A stretch of 64,000 bases of DNA, taken from positions 24,837 to 88,836 of the IMG/VR virus record IMGVR_UViG_3300009979_000004; one strand, 5' to 3'. Position 1 is the stretch's first letter. Each line of letters opens with the position of its first letter. The DNA is from a virus (taxonomy: Duplodnaviria; Caudoviricetes). This document shows positions 46,501 to 58,000 of this stretch, one piece after another. Under the pieces are notes generated by a model, which was not told where the DNA came from, searched no databases, and saw only the letters and a program-made list of their open reading frames with translations. The position numbers and the translations under genes were made by a program.

Positions 46501-49500
46501 AGAGTTTAAATCTTTTGGATCTATTCTAACTCCCTTATCTCTTCCAAAGTTTAAAATTGCTTTCTCACGGAGACGCATAAGCGTATTATTCATATCGGTC
46601 GCATTACCCTGTAACTCGTTAACCAGTTTCTTGAACTCCAGATTAACAGTTTCCATGTCCTTATCATAGATGGTATTGTTCACATCCACCCACATATCCA
46701 ATATATTAGAAGCAAGAGTTATCTCCTGTATGAGAGGTTCAGGCTTACTGATAATCTTTTTAACCCACTCTAATTGTTTTTGTCCAACATCTGTTATAGC
46801 CATAAGGTCTCTTTGCTGAGTCATATCTTCTATATCTGCCTGGATTTCTTTTCTCATGGCTTCTACTCTGATTCTTCTTTTCTTATCCTGATCCGAGGTA
46901 ATCCTGGTAGATAGTATCTTGTTCAAGTCTGCTACCTGCAATTCCATTTTCTTCACGATCCTAGACACAGTATCTCCCAGTACAACGTTGGAGCTTACAT
47001 CGAGCCTTTTGTTTTTAATATCCAAATGCCATCTAACTCCATCAGTGCCTTTTTGTATCTGTTGGTTATAGGAGCTTTCAATAATATCTGATACCTGATC
47101 TGCCTTAGCTTCTGTAAGAGTAGTAATCTCTCCTGCAATTTTATCCTGCATGATGGTTACTCCAAGACTTTCTGTAGTAGAGAGATTATTGACATGCAAT
47201 GTAAGCATCAGAGCTTCCTTTAAAAGACTCTTATCCTTTACATTAGTCCCAAGGAATTCTCCAACCTGTATCAGTATGTCTGTTAGCAGATCCCAAATTT
47301 TTTGAACGATAGTTTTATTTTCATCAGCTTCCAGTGTATTAAGGAAAGTCATGGTTTCCTTATTAGTCCACACATGTGCAAGAAACTCCTGCAGGTTTGA
47401 TAGTCCATAATATATTCTATGGTTCTCTGATTTCAACTTACCAGATTCTACTTCTGAGATAATTTGTGTCAGATCATATCCACCTTCAGACATTCTCTTC
47501 TGAAATTTTTGCAATGCTTCGTAGCGTATAGAATCTAATCTCTTGAACTTGCTATGAAGTTCCGGATGCTTATTTCTGTACTTCTCTACAACTTCTTCTA
47601 CTTCTTTTCTAATCTCTTTAGAGAATGTGTTGAGATATTTTTCATCTATGTATCCCATTGCAGCAGCAATAGCAGCAGTTCTCTGATGAGACATTTCATG
47701 AAGAATTGTCTCGGCGGCTTTGATTTTATTTCCAATTGGTCTAAGCTTTAGTAATCCTAAAGAGGCTACATAAGATCCTAATTCAGGAATATTCTCATCT
47801 ACTTCAAATCGAAACTTTTTCTGCTTTATCTCAGCAGCCTCTAATGCATCTCTTTCCTGCAGGGTCTGAGAGGAAGAGCTTATAAGGTCTGCTACTGTTC
47901 TTATATATTGTGGTAGCTCTCTATCCTGAGACATTTGTTTCAATGCCTTATTTATTTCCAACATGCTTCCCTTCTTAGGCAACCCCCAATTTGCATATTG
48001 GTTGTCTTTGTTCTCTGTTTCTCCAAGCATCCTATCTATCTGATTAGTGAGTGCTTGTTGCATTGTAATAGCAGGAGTCCATTCTACCATTGCTCTATTC
48101 TCTGGAAAGATGCTTCTTACGGTAGAAGTTGTATTAGCATTGTACTCAGTTTTATCACTCTTCCCCAGAGTATCTATTCTCTGATAAACTATGCTGGCAC
48201 CTTCACTTTTTTTCTTATATAGAATATTCTGACCATACCTTCTACTGAAGTATCTTAAGAAGTCTGTATACTTAGTTGCAGCATTTCCGTCTTCCTCAAC
48301 TACAGAAACCTTCAGTTCATTATTTGTATCAGCATCAAACATAAACCATTCTGGAAAGTCCTGTCCCTCTGAGAGATAATTGGTAAATAGAGCTGCATTA
48401 GCTTCTAGTGCAAGATTGGGATTATGTTGATATAGCTGAGTTACAAAGACTTCACTCTGAGTATGAAACTCCAGATTGTTCATAGTAGTTTGCATGTCTT
48501 TTGCAAAGGAAGTAGCTACCAGGTACGAGGTAGGAATATGTCTTATGAAAGATGTTGGACCATTCTGAGGGTTTAGCAGATATGTGTATCGAATAAGATC
48601 CTCTGCCAGCAGTTGTACTTCTTTGTCTGAAGAACTGAGCATATCCATGAATGCTGTTACATTCTTCTCGTCGTCTAGCCTGATGGTCTTTGCATTCTCA
48701 TAGTTTACAAAGTCTGGTCCATTACCCAGTACACTTATGTTTGTGCTAAGACGCTGAATGAAATAATTGTTCTTCAACTTATTTCTTTTCGCTTCCTCAA
48801 CTCTCACAGCCAGAGATTTTGTAACAGATGTGGTATTTAATAATCGTACTCTTTCTACATCAGGATTCTGACCAAATACAGTAGTTCCTGTGACTGCATA
48901 ACTTCTTAAACTTCTTATAATAGATCTCTGCTGATCTATGGGAATATCCGTAAGCTGTTTACCAGTCTGTTGTACTACTGCATTGATTGCGTTGTACATG
49001 GAGCTGATAGGGAATAGTTCATTAGAGAGCTGCAGTGAAAAGGGTATCAGCTTTTCAAAAAAGTATCCCTGCTCTGTACTTCCATTCCTCGATATTTCAG
49101 ATTCTCCCAGAAGTAATTTATTGGCAGATCTCTTATACAAGTTGCTGTAATTCTCCTGCTGCTGTATAGCATACAGTATATTAGGGCCTGCACCATTGGT
49201 ATCTTGATTAAATGTCTTCTGTAATACTGATAATCTTTCTCCATAGTTATGAAGCTTTTCAAATATATTCAGTATGGCTAGCTGAGTAGCTGCAAATTCA
49301 GGACTGCTTTCAGCGCTGGTTCCATTCTGGAATTTTGTCCACTCCTTAGAAAGATTCTCTGGAGATATCGTAAAGTCTACTTTGGTTTCTCCTGCCAGTC
49401 TTTCATACTTTTCTCTTAGCTTACTGGTCACATGTGCTTTTAGATTTGGTATGAACTGATTGCTCATGCTGTCATTTCCCTGCCTCATCTCTTTTGAGAA

Positions 49501-52500
49501 TTCCCAGATGATAGGTTGTACCGTTAAAGCTGTACTTAGGTCCAGGTTGACTATCTTTCCGTCTTCAGTTTGCAACTGATGTAATGCAGCAATAGCTGGA
49601 TAAGTAGCCAGTCCTATATTCAAACTGTCTAACGTTTTGTCTTTGGCATTGTCTACAGCTGCTGACTGTATCGTAGTTAGATTGTCGTGTTTTGTCCTAA
49701 TCTCATCTCCATATACATTTGTTCCATTACCAGACATTGTATTCAGCTTCAGCCTTTCTCCTTTATATTCTACTTCTATAAAGTCTTCTACTTCTTTCAT
49801 CGAGGAAGTTTCTTCATCCCATTCGTAGCTTCCCAATTTTATATCTTTATCCTGTATAACACTATTGAAAGTAACAGATAGAGAGCTCAGACCTACTAAT
49901 GTCTTAGCATCTTTACCACTCTGAAATTCACTAAGTTGAGATATTACATCAAAGTAATTATAAAACTGAGGAGCTGCAGCTTTATATTTCTTGTTCATAT
50001 CCTTTAGATCCTTCTTATCCAATGGATTCATTACCTTACGGTACATATCCTTGTTGGTAAGCACTGCCCAATGTACATCAAAGTATGAACTCTCTAAAGA
50101 AGGTTCTGGAGAGAACTTATTCTCTGACTCTACGTAAGATCTCTTATAAGTGAATAATTTATCCACGTCAAAGTCAGATCCCATCTGTCCGGTGATAGCT
50201 GAAGGCACTATTATAATATCTCCCATTTGTTCCGGGGTGAAACCTACTATTTCCATAGCCATCATAGAATTGTGTCCCTGGTTGGGAATACGAGCTCCAA
50301 TAAGTTGAAGTAATTCTTTAGGAATCCTTTCCATATCGAGAATCTTTTTACCATCCTGCATAATAGTAAAATCATCTATGTTAGCTTTTCTTCCATCACT
50401 GTAGAAGAAGTTGAAAGGCATTATCACCTGAGCTGGTACAACCTGATCTCCTATAAGTTGTTGATGTCTTAAAGGCATGGATGGATTGTAGTCTCCTACC
50501 CATGTTATATTAGTGGTACTTATATCTTCTTTCTTCTTTATTACGTATCCGACACTGCTGGCTTGTACATAAGATTTTCCAGGCATCTTTGCTTCAGAAG
50601 CCTTTCTTACCATGCTCATGATTAGGCTCTCGAATTTCTCTACACTGGGATGAAGGAATAATGGTACCTCAAATGTACCTTCATCAGTGAGATATCTAAG
50701 CACTTCTATCTCGTTATCACTGTATCCTCTTGCTTCTGCCTCTTCCTGAAGTACTCTTGCTATTTTACGAATATCAAATCCTGAATAGCTGCCATCAGGG
50801 AGTTGTTTTACTCCAAGCTTTTGAAAAAGTTTATCCATACTCTTATTGAGCATTTCTCTTCTCAAATTTTCTTTATGGGCTCTAAGCTCTTCAGAATTCA
50901 TTTGTGTACCGTCAGGTAGTATGAATGTAGTATCTACTCCTGATAATCCCTCTACGATCAACTTGTTCATTTGAGACACAATCTTGATGCTCTCTTTTTC
51001 TTCATCATAGGGAACATCCTGTTGTATCCTGAAACCATTCCTAGAAAGTGTTTGTACTGATCTTTGTATCTCAGGACCTCCCTTCCAGTGACCATCCTTT
51101 GTAAATACCGTAGCTACATGTGTAGGCTGTCCAACCTTCTTAGCACTTTCAAAGTTTGTTCTCTGTACATTGTTTCTTTCCATCCAGTCTCTCAGGTTAT
51201 CAATCTCCAGTCCTTTTGTAAACTGTGGCAACAATGGATAAGAAGATGACTTTATATAGTCATACAACATCACTCCATTAAGTGCTTTTCTAAAACCTGC
51301 ATAGACAGGCTTCATTGGTTGTAGGATTATGTCCAGTTGGTCTTTGGAGAATTGATAGTATTCTCCATCAGCATCTCTTATGACCTGACTTAATTCACTA
51401 TGCTTGTCTCTAGATATTACTCCTCCTGCATACATTACATCTAGATGTTCCTGCACAGTAGTAAGCTCTTGAGCATCCGTACCATTAGATTCGTTGTTTA
51501 TTCCCAAATCTGTAATATACTTTTCACTAATCTTTACATCTTTCAGAGTTATTGTATTATAGCTGCTGTTTTCCGGAAATGCAAGATCTTGTCCCGGAGC
51601 TATATCCTTAGCTAGTCTCTTAGCATACTCAACCATGGTAGCTGGTACACTTCCTTTCCATTCCTGGGCAGGATCTCCAAAGAACAACATGCTTAGATTT
51701 GTGTTCCATAAGTAATGGTTGAATGCATACTTTCTGGCTTCCGATTCAAATATCAATCTATTCTTTTCTTCCGGAGACAATTCCGACTGTAAGATTCTGT
51801 TGTAGCTATCTACTACTCTTTTATCAAACAGCTTTGTGGTAATCGAATTTTCATTCCAAGTCTTGACGGTGTTGTTAGCCAGATTATGTATAAAATCAAC
51901 CAGATAAGCGTCCAGTATTTGTTTGAACTGGTCGGTATTTGGTTTTATAGAGCCATCTTCATTCCATAACTTATTGATCTCTTTCTGAGTTAGTCTGATA
52001 TTAGTTCCTGGTATCACAGTACCTAATTGTTCCAGCATGGCTTCCTTATTGAACTGTGGTAAAAAGTAGAAATACTTTTTCCCAATATCGTAAGCCTTGT
52101 CTCCGGAACTGTCTTTTTGCAGAGAGATTCTTCTGTGTTCAGCATAGAATATTTGTCTGAGTTCATCTACTGCCTGCTTTTCCAGCAACTCTATTCCTGT
52201 TTCTATCTTCGGTACATTATATCCTACCGGAGTCATTGTCTTGTCAGAGTGTGTCAGTGATAAGAAATGACCTGTATTCTTATTGCCATTCTGAAAAGCT
52301 GCTATAGACATTAGTAATTGTTCCCGGTCACTCATCTTATCTCTTACTACTCCCTTGTTCCTGTTTCCAAAGTTCAATCCTTCCATGTAGTAAAGAGAGA
52401 AATTATTCCACTCTCTTGGATTGCTTTTCCAGTATCGCAGGTAAAAGCTCCCATCACTAATGGTTCCATCTTTTGAGATTAGATCTGTATCATTATAGTC

Positions 52501-55005
52501 CTGTACTGTTGCATCAAAGTCATTCTTTAACAGCTGTAATCTTTTGCTTAAGGCTGTATTTTGAGAGAAGTCCCAAATTTTCTTTCCTTCTATAGATTTG
52601 TGAGTAGAAGAAAATAATGATGGTGTATAATTGGCTGCTACTTTGGCAAGAGCACTTACAGTAGTACTCTCTGTCCATAATGGATTATTGAGCGTTGCCT
52701 GCTCTATTCCTTCTTCCAATTCAGTTTCATCTATATCCATGTCACTGTTCAAACCAGCAGCCTTCATAAAGAATATAGAAAATAGTCCATTAGGTCTTCC
52801 ATCTTGCGTAATAGAAAATGCTTGAGAAAGATTTCCTTCCCGTCTTGTTCCTTTAGTTAACTTCTCTAAATTCCCTAGCCCAAAGATTCCTTCAAGCATG
52901 TCATCTGTTAGTTCTATTCCGTACTCTGAGAATATATTCTTGAATCTGTTCTTTAAATAAGTCCTTGACCCATTGAAATCATTTATGGTCTCTTCTATAG
53001 TCAGGTTCCAGGTAAGGGGTTTAAGCAGGGAACTGAGTGTATTTGTTAAAGATGCGTAATCCTCTGTATTCTTGGGATAACGTGGTATAAGATTTGCTAT
53101 TATATTATAAGCCTGTACTACAGGTAAATGCTTCCCCCTTGCCCGTTTTACGTCCAGTGCCTTACTACCATCTTCCTTCACTATCATCATGTCTGATAGC
53201 TTATTAGCTTCCTGCCACTGCTTTACTATCGTTTGAATCTGAGAACTCCTTTGAGCATTTATCAGTCTTACTTCCGTATAATCCTGTCCTTTGCTGTCGG
53301 TTTTCTCTTTTGCCAATACAGTCAGGAATGGATTATACTGCTTGGAAAATACCTTTATGAACTCATTCTGTAATTGTGTATCCTGATTAGTTGCTGGTTT
53401 ACCTGGCACTTTTCCGGTGAGTTTATTTACAAGAGCTCTTAGGTCCGGGTTTCCTGATTCTCTTAGAATTCTTGTATAATTTTCTATAGTCTGGTCACTC
53501 TGATTGGCTAACTTATTTAGTGCTAGCTCAAACAGATTATCAAAATCTACTAACTGTGGTAATCCTAGAGAATTTCTAAGAGGTAATATCTGATATTCCT
53601 GGTTCAGATATTGGATAATTTCTGAGCCTAGTTTCTTATCGTCATGCCATATCAATTTACCATTTGCCTGTTGGGCTATAGCAGTATTAATTTCGGTAAC
53701 AGACTTAACTTTGGATAGATCCAGTGCATCTTCTTTGGAAGTAGCTTCTTTATATTTTCCATTGATGCTTTTCTCAATAGTACTCATAAAGACTTTCATC
53801 CTTGTAGAGGCAGTATCCCTCTGATCTATTTCAAAGCTAACTGAAGACCAATCCTCAGCTCCTCTTCCTAGTGAAGCATCAGAGTTGAAAGTACTTTCTT
53901 CTAATGAAGGTTCTTCTTCTTTGTTTTCTTCTATAGAAGTTGTTAACTGATCTTGTGGTGTACCATTGAATGTGGCCGTGTCGTTAGGTGTTTCATAGAT
54001 ATTCTTGTAGCTATCCAGGAAATCCAATATCTTGTTTTTAGTGCTTGGATCTATATTATATCCCAACTGCTTAAGGGCTTCAAAAGTATTGGTAGCAAAT
54101 GAAGGCCTCTCATCTCTTGAATTGAATGAAAAGCTTCTTACTATGTTCCTGAATTTCTCCTGTAACTGACCAGTAGCTTTTGTCTCTGCTTTCTGAAAAA
54201 AGTTTAGAACTCTGTGCAGTACCTTTACGACTGGTTCATTTGGAGATCTTACCAGAGAAGTGTACACTGCATATAGTACCGCCTGTTCAGCTTCTTCCTG
54301 TTCTATTTCATTAAAGAATCCTGTAGAACTGTTGGTCTCATCTACTATTGGAATGGTCATCCGGATCTTCTGCGCTGTCATTAGATTTCCGTCCATGTTT
54401 ACAGGAACTCTTAGCTCCTGGTTCTCTATCAGTCTTTCCAGGTTCCTGGATATTCTTGCAGGGTTATTATCCATAGCAGACTTGAATGCTGCAGAGAATA
54501 TAATATTATCCGGGATCTCTTCCCTCAGTTCATCCAGTAGCTGTGCATACTCTCTTAGAGTATATCCACTATTCTGGGTGTACCTGGAGCTTAAGTCCGG
54601 ATAGTTTAGAAAGAATTGTGTGTTAGGAGATTTCTTTGCTACTTCAATTAGTTCCTTTCTGATTTGAGCCTGTAGCTTCTCCTTGGATATTCTGTCTGCT
54701 TTCTTTATCCTGGTAGAAGGTTCTGATAGCGCAATAGCTTTTTGCTCTACCTTTGCGCTTTGTTTCGGGGATTCTATCTGTAACTTATTTTCTATCCACT
54801 CAATAGTAGGCTCCTTAGCTATGGTATCTACTGGTACACTGGAAGCGTTTGATTTCCAGTCTCCGTATTTTACTGTGAAGTCATCACTGTATATATAAGA
54901 CATTACCCGGTCAGTCAGTGCCGGGTTGCTATATTTATCAGTAAGCTGTTGTGCCAATACAGATTTCTCTCCATTCCAGGAGATATGAGAGCATATTAGT
55001 GCCAT
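43504..55005 (-). CDS. giant virion-packaged two-barrel RNA polymerase (crAss/phi14:2 gp66-like) with a zincin-like domain
   Basis: RIPNQG and QMGSDFDVDKLF catalytic motifs (about 50155-50295); HEMSH plus downstream EFLA (about 47700-47380); 3833 aa. Confidence 0.88.
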   Translation of the reverse strand: MALICSHISWNGEKSVLAQQLTDKYSNPALTDRVMSYIYSDDFTVKYGDWKSNASSVPVDTIAKEPTIEWIENKLQIESPKQSAKVEQKAIALSEPSTRIKKADRISKEKLQAQIRKELIEVAKKSPNTQFFLNYPDLSSRYTQNSGYTLREYAQLLDELREEIPDNIIFSAAFKSAMDNNPARISRNLERLIENQELRVPVNMDGNLMTAQKIRMTIPIVDETNSSTGFFNEIEQEEAEQAVLYAVYTSLVRSPNEPVVKVLHRVLNFFQKAETKATGQLQEKFRNIVRSFSFNSRDERPSFATNTFEALKQLGYNIDPSTKNKILDFLDSYKNIYETPNDTATFNGTPQDQLTTSIEENKEEEPSLEESTFNSDASLGRGAEDWSSVSFEIDQRDTASTRMKVFMSTIEKSINGKYKEATSKEDALDLSKVKSVTEINTAIAQQANGKLIWHDDKKLGSEIIQYLNQEYQILPLRNSLGLPQLVDFDNLFELALNKLANQSDQTIENYTRILRESGNPDLRALVNKLTGKVPGKPATNQDTQLQNEFIKVFSKQYNPFLTVLAKEKTDSKGQDYTEVRLINAQRSSQIQTIVKQWQEANKLSDMMIVKEDGSKALDVKRARGKHLPVVQAYNIIANLIPRYPKNTEDYASLTNTLSSLLKPLTWNLTIEETINDFNGSRTYLKNRFKNIFSEYGIELTDDMLEGIFGLGNLEKLTKGTRREGNLSQAFSITQDGRPNGLFSIFFMKAAGLNSDMDIDETELEEGIEQATLNNPLWTESTTVSALAKVAANYTPSLFSSTHKSIEGKKIWDFSQNTALSKRLQLLKNDFDATVQDYNDTDLISKDGTISDGSFYLRYWKSNPREWNNFSLYYMEGLNFGNRNKGVVRDKMSDREQLLMSIAAFQNGNKNTGHFLSLTHSDKTMTPVGYNVPKIETGIELLEKQAVDELRQIFYAEHRRISLQKDSSGDKAYDIGKKYFYFLPQFNKEAMLEQLGTVIPGTNIRLTQKEINKLWNEDGSIKPNTDQFKQILDAYLVDFIHNLANNTVKTWNENSITTKLFDKRVVDSYNRILQSELSPEEKNRLIFESEARKYAFNHYLWNTNLSMLFFGDPAQEWKGSVPATMVEYAKRLAKDIAPGQDLAFPENSSYNTITLKDVKISEKYITDLGINNESNGTDAQELTTVQEHLDVMYAGGVISRDKHSELSQVIRDADGEYYQFSKDQLDIILQPMKPVYAGFRKALNGVMLYDYIKSSSYPLLPQFTKGLEIDNLRDWMERNNVQRTNFESAKKVGQPTHVATVFTKDGHWKGGPEIQRSVQTLSRNGFRIQQDVPYDEEKESIKIVSQMNKLIVEGLSGVDTTFILPDGTQMNSEELRAHKENLRREMLNKSMDKLFQKLGVKQLPDGSYSGFDIRKIARVLQEEAEARGYSDNEIEVLRYLTDEGTFEVPLFLHPSVEKFESLIMSMVRKASEAKMPGKSYVQASSVGYVIKKKEDISTTNITWVGDYNPSMPLRHQQLIGDQVVPAQVIMPFNFFYSDGRKANIDDFTIMQDGKKILDMERIPKELLQLIGARIPNQGHNSMMAMEIVGFTPEQMGDIIIVPSAITGQMGSDFDVDKLFTYKRSYVESENKFSPEPSLESSYFDVHWAVLTNKDMYRKVMNPLDKKDLKDMNKKYKAAAPQFYNYFDVISQLSEFQSGKDAKTLVGLSSLSVTFNSVIQDKDIKLGSYEWDEETSSMKEVEDFIEVEYKGERLKLNTMSGNGTNVYGDEIRTKHDNLTTIQSAAVDNAKDKTLDSLNIGLATYPAIAALHQLQTEDGKIVNLDLSTALTVQPIIWEFSKEMRQGNDSMSNQFIPNLKAHVTSKLREKYERLAGETKVDFTISPENLSKEWTKFQNGTSAESSPEFAATQLAILNIFEKLHNYGERLSVLQKTFNQDTNGAGPNILYAIQQQENYSNLYKRSANKLLLGESEISRNGSTEQGYFFEKLIPFSLQLSNELFPISSMYNAINAVVQQTGKQLTDIPIDQQRSIIRSLRSYAVTGTTVFGQNPDVERVRLLNTTSVTKSLAVRVEEAKRNKLKNNYFIQRLSTNISVLGNGPDFVNYENAKTIRLDDEKNVTAFMDMLSSSDKEVQLLAEDLIRYTYLLNPQNGPTSFIRHIPTSYLVATSFAKDMQTTMNNLEFHTQSEVFVTQLYQHNPNLALEANAALFTNYLSEGQDFPEWFMFDADTNNELKVSVVEEDGNAATKYTDFLRYFSRRYGQNILYKKKSEGASIVYQRIDTLGKSDKTEYNANTTSTVRSIFPENRAMVEWTPAITMQQALTNQIDRMLGETENKDNQYANWGLPKKGSMLEINKALKQMSQDRELPQYIRTVADLISSSSQTLQERDALEAAEIKQKKFRFEVDENIPELGSYVASLGLLKLRPIGNKIKAAETILHEMSHQRTAAIAAAMGYIDEKYLNTFSKEIRKEVEEVVEKYRNKHPELHSKFKRLDSIRYEALQKFQKRMSEGGYDLTQIISEVESGKLKSENHRIYYGLSNLQEFLAHVWTNKETMTFLNTLEADENKTIVQKIWDLLTDILIQVGEFLGTNVKDKSLLKEALMLTLHVNNLSTTESLGVTIMQDKIAGEITTLTEAKADQVSDIIESSYNQQIQKGTDGVRWHLDIKNKRLDVSSNVVLGDTVSRIVKKMELQVADLNKILSTRITSDQDKKRRIRVEAMRKEIQADIEDMTQQRDLMAITDVGQKQLEWVKKIISKPEPLIQEITLASNILDMWVDVNNTIYDKDMETVNLEFKKLVNELQGNATDMNNTLMRLREKAILNFGRDKGVRIDPKDLNSNLKANSGLGKYALTLSRDRNPAIQLMTSIGQQGANNSDEEQNRLKKRLDKIEKDVLKIAGSSKNVDKIWNKFIQESEDGKSFGLVQPLSVEWYRSTSKARYDLSNTIKRINTRINNAEDTKGSIAFEAAKKEDKKKAFSKYWETINKYGTVIDIRKLIDLDTGERLNNEMSTAEYERLLNISGDKDVVDKAVEKALSEYQEYLEHKSTAFEALDETELSEKDLSKIQLTSEQKGTMSEEDQAKELDKLKKEALKKKIEQYKALWIHRNSPASFIGTQTRSSGDSKFSHNLEFLPQFVPRKNEKWFDTKYQEIQKDEKLKEVYKEFVDMSETFRDYLPPNESKKLRDNFLPIVTTQDVNNFYSMLTKFSISEARQKVLNAFSVSQSDKDRVAIDEIPINFLNKGRKDTEDLSRDLPKIFEMFGNMAIHYKNMRPVQEVVETVERLVHDVDVQRKLGNEEESLKHLSESIKFYKDMLVFKKPKKLEMVSEHPIYDLNPMKNKKIEKRVVEIKKELDKLKGEEELFDEEGNIIISNSQQRIDELETELKKYEDNARYLTGSKAADVMIGINQLKALSFNPFSAINNLTFGVMSGFIHAYGKVDYTPADYRWGLKKMRGSIARSYAFNSVEVGESKKVRNIMDRIGVISEILETMYGKSNLQSKQKSGFRKIIDPFGWQKSGDYLTKGAMVLAMMRNRQVEVEIDGQKKMIPLYEAINENGEWNEEKYGENRLWSAENIEEQTEWNKFRDKSRKVSTIVFGNQDKNQPLLAKKYMLGRLIGQFRLSWLPEGINTRWGKEYYDEQLGRWVKGRWRTMKELGIPASAKTLLRQIMSVFTKSDPFAGTLKKDGNELSDVDKENMRKNLAGITYTSMFLGAIMALKLMGPDEEEKRRRRRQGKDAVNTNMLILNMLTRSYQDLALYSSPEVFDQVLGNLVPSVNVPMDIGRAIKAVGKLPFMSDRDYEKKDAGTKAVKKVFRAIPIVNLIPKIQYMSERDISTIAR

Positions 55006-55007
55006 AG

Positions 55008-58000
55008 TTATTTACATTTAGAGAAGGGATTGAATCCGTCGTAGAGATTGGTAATTCCGTTATCTAGCAGGTAGGTATATACTTCTTCTACGCTTTTTCC
55101 ATTCCTGTCTTCTTGCTGGGTAAAGTTATACAATTTGTATAGATTCTCTAGGGTTACCTCTCTTCCCTCTATGTATCCTGCCACAGGTACTATCGGGCTG
55201 GAAGTAGGAAGCAGGTTGTTTATCATAGAGTCGAACAGATCCTGTATGGACGTATCAGAATCTTCCAGTTTTTCTTCTTTTGGTTCTACCAGTACAGTAT
55301 CTCTGGTACTGGCTGTCATTATGGGACTTTCCAGGATTGTATCAGTACTATATTCCAACTTTGGATTGACTGCGTATACATAGGTCTCTTTTACTCTACC
55401 TCGTCTATCTTTGGTTTGTATCTTGTTGGTTCCGTTTACATTTACCAGCAAGTTCTTCTTGATGTACTCGTTGTAATTTCTATGCTCTATAAAACTAAAG
55501 TTTCCTTTAGAGTCGGCTCTTGGCTCAATGAATCTGGCTTCTTCTGTAACCTGTTCATTGATACCCCTGATCCTCATATCCGGATTAGAAAATACTATGT
55601 TCTTTAGTCTTCCTGCAAGAAAAGTCTTTAGAGATTCTTTAAACTCAGGACTGAGCTTTCCTCTTACAAGAGAAGCTATTTCATAACTGGGGCCGGCAAC
55701 TGATACAGTTCCTATAAGTACTTTACTATTGAACTCTCCTCTAAGAGGTGGGATCACATCCAGGATAGCTATCTCTTTACTGGGTGGAGTTCTTACAGCA
55801 GTATTCCAATTGGTTGTATAGGTAAAGTATTGATTGATGAATGCTTTCAAATCTTCTGGTTTTCTCACATCAAATCCTGTTCTGTCAAGCAGCTTGTTTG
55901 CTGCTTCACTATCTGCGTTATTTTCCAGATGTAATTCTATGGCTCTGGTAATGGTATTCAGGGCCACATTATTATCCATAAGGTTAATTCCCTTTGCTAT
56001 AGTAGCATGATATTTTCCATTGTTTCCTGGGAGCAGAAATACGGCTCTGTTCTGAAGATAGTCCGGGATCTGGGTTACTACTTCTTTGTCGAATTCGGTA
56101 TTCCCTCTATCCACAAGGATCTTCTTATTCTGATAGATTCCTATCTGTAGAGAGTTATCAGGTAATAGCTTGCTTGCCCTATCCCATACTATGTCTCCTT
56201 CTTCTCCTACTATATTGGAAATTTCTCTGTTCAGCATTATATTGCCAGCACCCTTTGAAGTGACTTCTGTTGGGAATCCTGTTTTCTCTCCTCTGTTGTA
56301 CCGGTCAATGAGGTTCTGACGGATTTTCAAGAGAAGAGATGCCTGTCTCATTACATTTCCTGGTGGTATATCTCCTTCCTCTGTTGATCCGTCATAGACG
56401 TTTCTATAACCTTCTGGTCCTGCTGTAGCATCATACTTGGTTGTTATCCAATCGGTCTTTCTAAGGTATCCAACTGTATTGCCTACCTGATCTGTAATCT
56501 TAATTGGAACATTCCCTATAGACTGTGTATCTGTTTTTATCCTTCCCTGTTCATCAGTGTAGTCTTCAAACTTCTCTGATCCAAGAACTCTGTGTCCGTA
56601 TTCATCTTCTGTATGCCTGGATGTAATATTTTTTGCTCCGTCATAATTCTCATCTATCGTTATGAAGAGCTTAGTGCCTGGCTGAAGTTTTGCTGAGTCG
56701 AATAGATCTTTATTCGCTTTATCATTTATATATCCTAAGCCAATCTTTACATAGGAATTCTTTTCCGGGTTGAATACCTCATCATATTCTTCTCCCATAT
56801 TGGCAATGCTATTATAAGCATTGATTGTCTTTCTTCCGGAGAATATTCTATCTTCTATCGTAGGAAGCAGATTAATTTGTATATCTGTATTATCTGTTAC
56901 CAGACTATCGTGCACAGGCTTTGAGAGATTTTCTACCGGTATATCTTCTACTACCTGCATAGGTGGAATCTCTGTCTGTAGAATATCGTTGATAACAGCT
57001 GGATCAACTCCATCGTCTTGAAGCGTTGAAGCGTAGCTATCTATAAATTCTTTTAGCGCTTGTAACGTTGATGTAGCTTGCTGTTGTGTTATATTATTTT
57101 TTAGCACCTCTGGAGCCAGTACATCATAGCTGAACTCTGCTTCACCTAGCTTGAGTTGAAGTTCATAGTCTTTTACCTTCTGTTGTATACTTACAGGGAG
57201 TGTTTCTAAAAGAGACTGATAACTTTCTAACGGCACGGTATCAGGGACTGGTGCTACATCTTCTTCCGGTACACCATCAGCTATTTCTATCGTTGGATCG
57301 TCTGGAACCGATTCATCCGGAAATACACTATCATCGTCTTCTTCAAAATTAGCAGGAGCATCTTCTTGCAGTACTGAGTCATCTGAAATCTCTGCATCGG
57401 AATCTACTTCCATAATATTCTGTTGGTTCTCTAAGTAAAGAGATTGTAGCGTATTGAATCGTTCTGTAAGAGATTGTAACGTATTAGTTAGTTGTGCTTT
57501 CTCTGTTAGATATTGTTCCCATTTTTTTATTCTCTTCTTTGAGCTTAAGGCTTTAATCTCTTCAGACGTTTCAAAGTTTTGAATCTTCTGATCCAGCTTA
57601 CTAATCTCTTCAGTAAGACTTGCAATCTGTTCCTGTACATCATGCATTTCTAAAACGTACTGATTGCTGAGTTCCTTTAATCTGGCATAGTCCAGCTTCT
57701 CTTGAAGGGCTATATTTTCTTTGAGATTATCTATCCTAGTCTTTTGTGCTTCAAGGAACTCTTTACGTTCGTTGGCCAGCTTCTCCCACCAATTCTTAGT
57801 GACTTTAACGATACGATTCATCGTTCTGGCAGTTTCTATCTCTCTAAGATTTTCAGCGTTTACAGTTATTCTATTCTTGAGATCTTCTAAATTAGTTCTT
57901 AGAAATTTTTCTTCATGTCCAAGAGCATACTTTCTGTTGACTTCCTTCTGGTAATCTATGAAAGACTTCGATGGATTTTTAGAAACCCATGTGGTGTACC

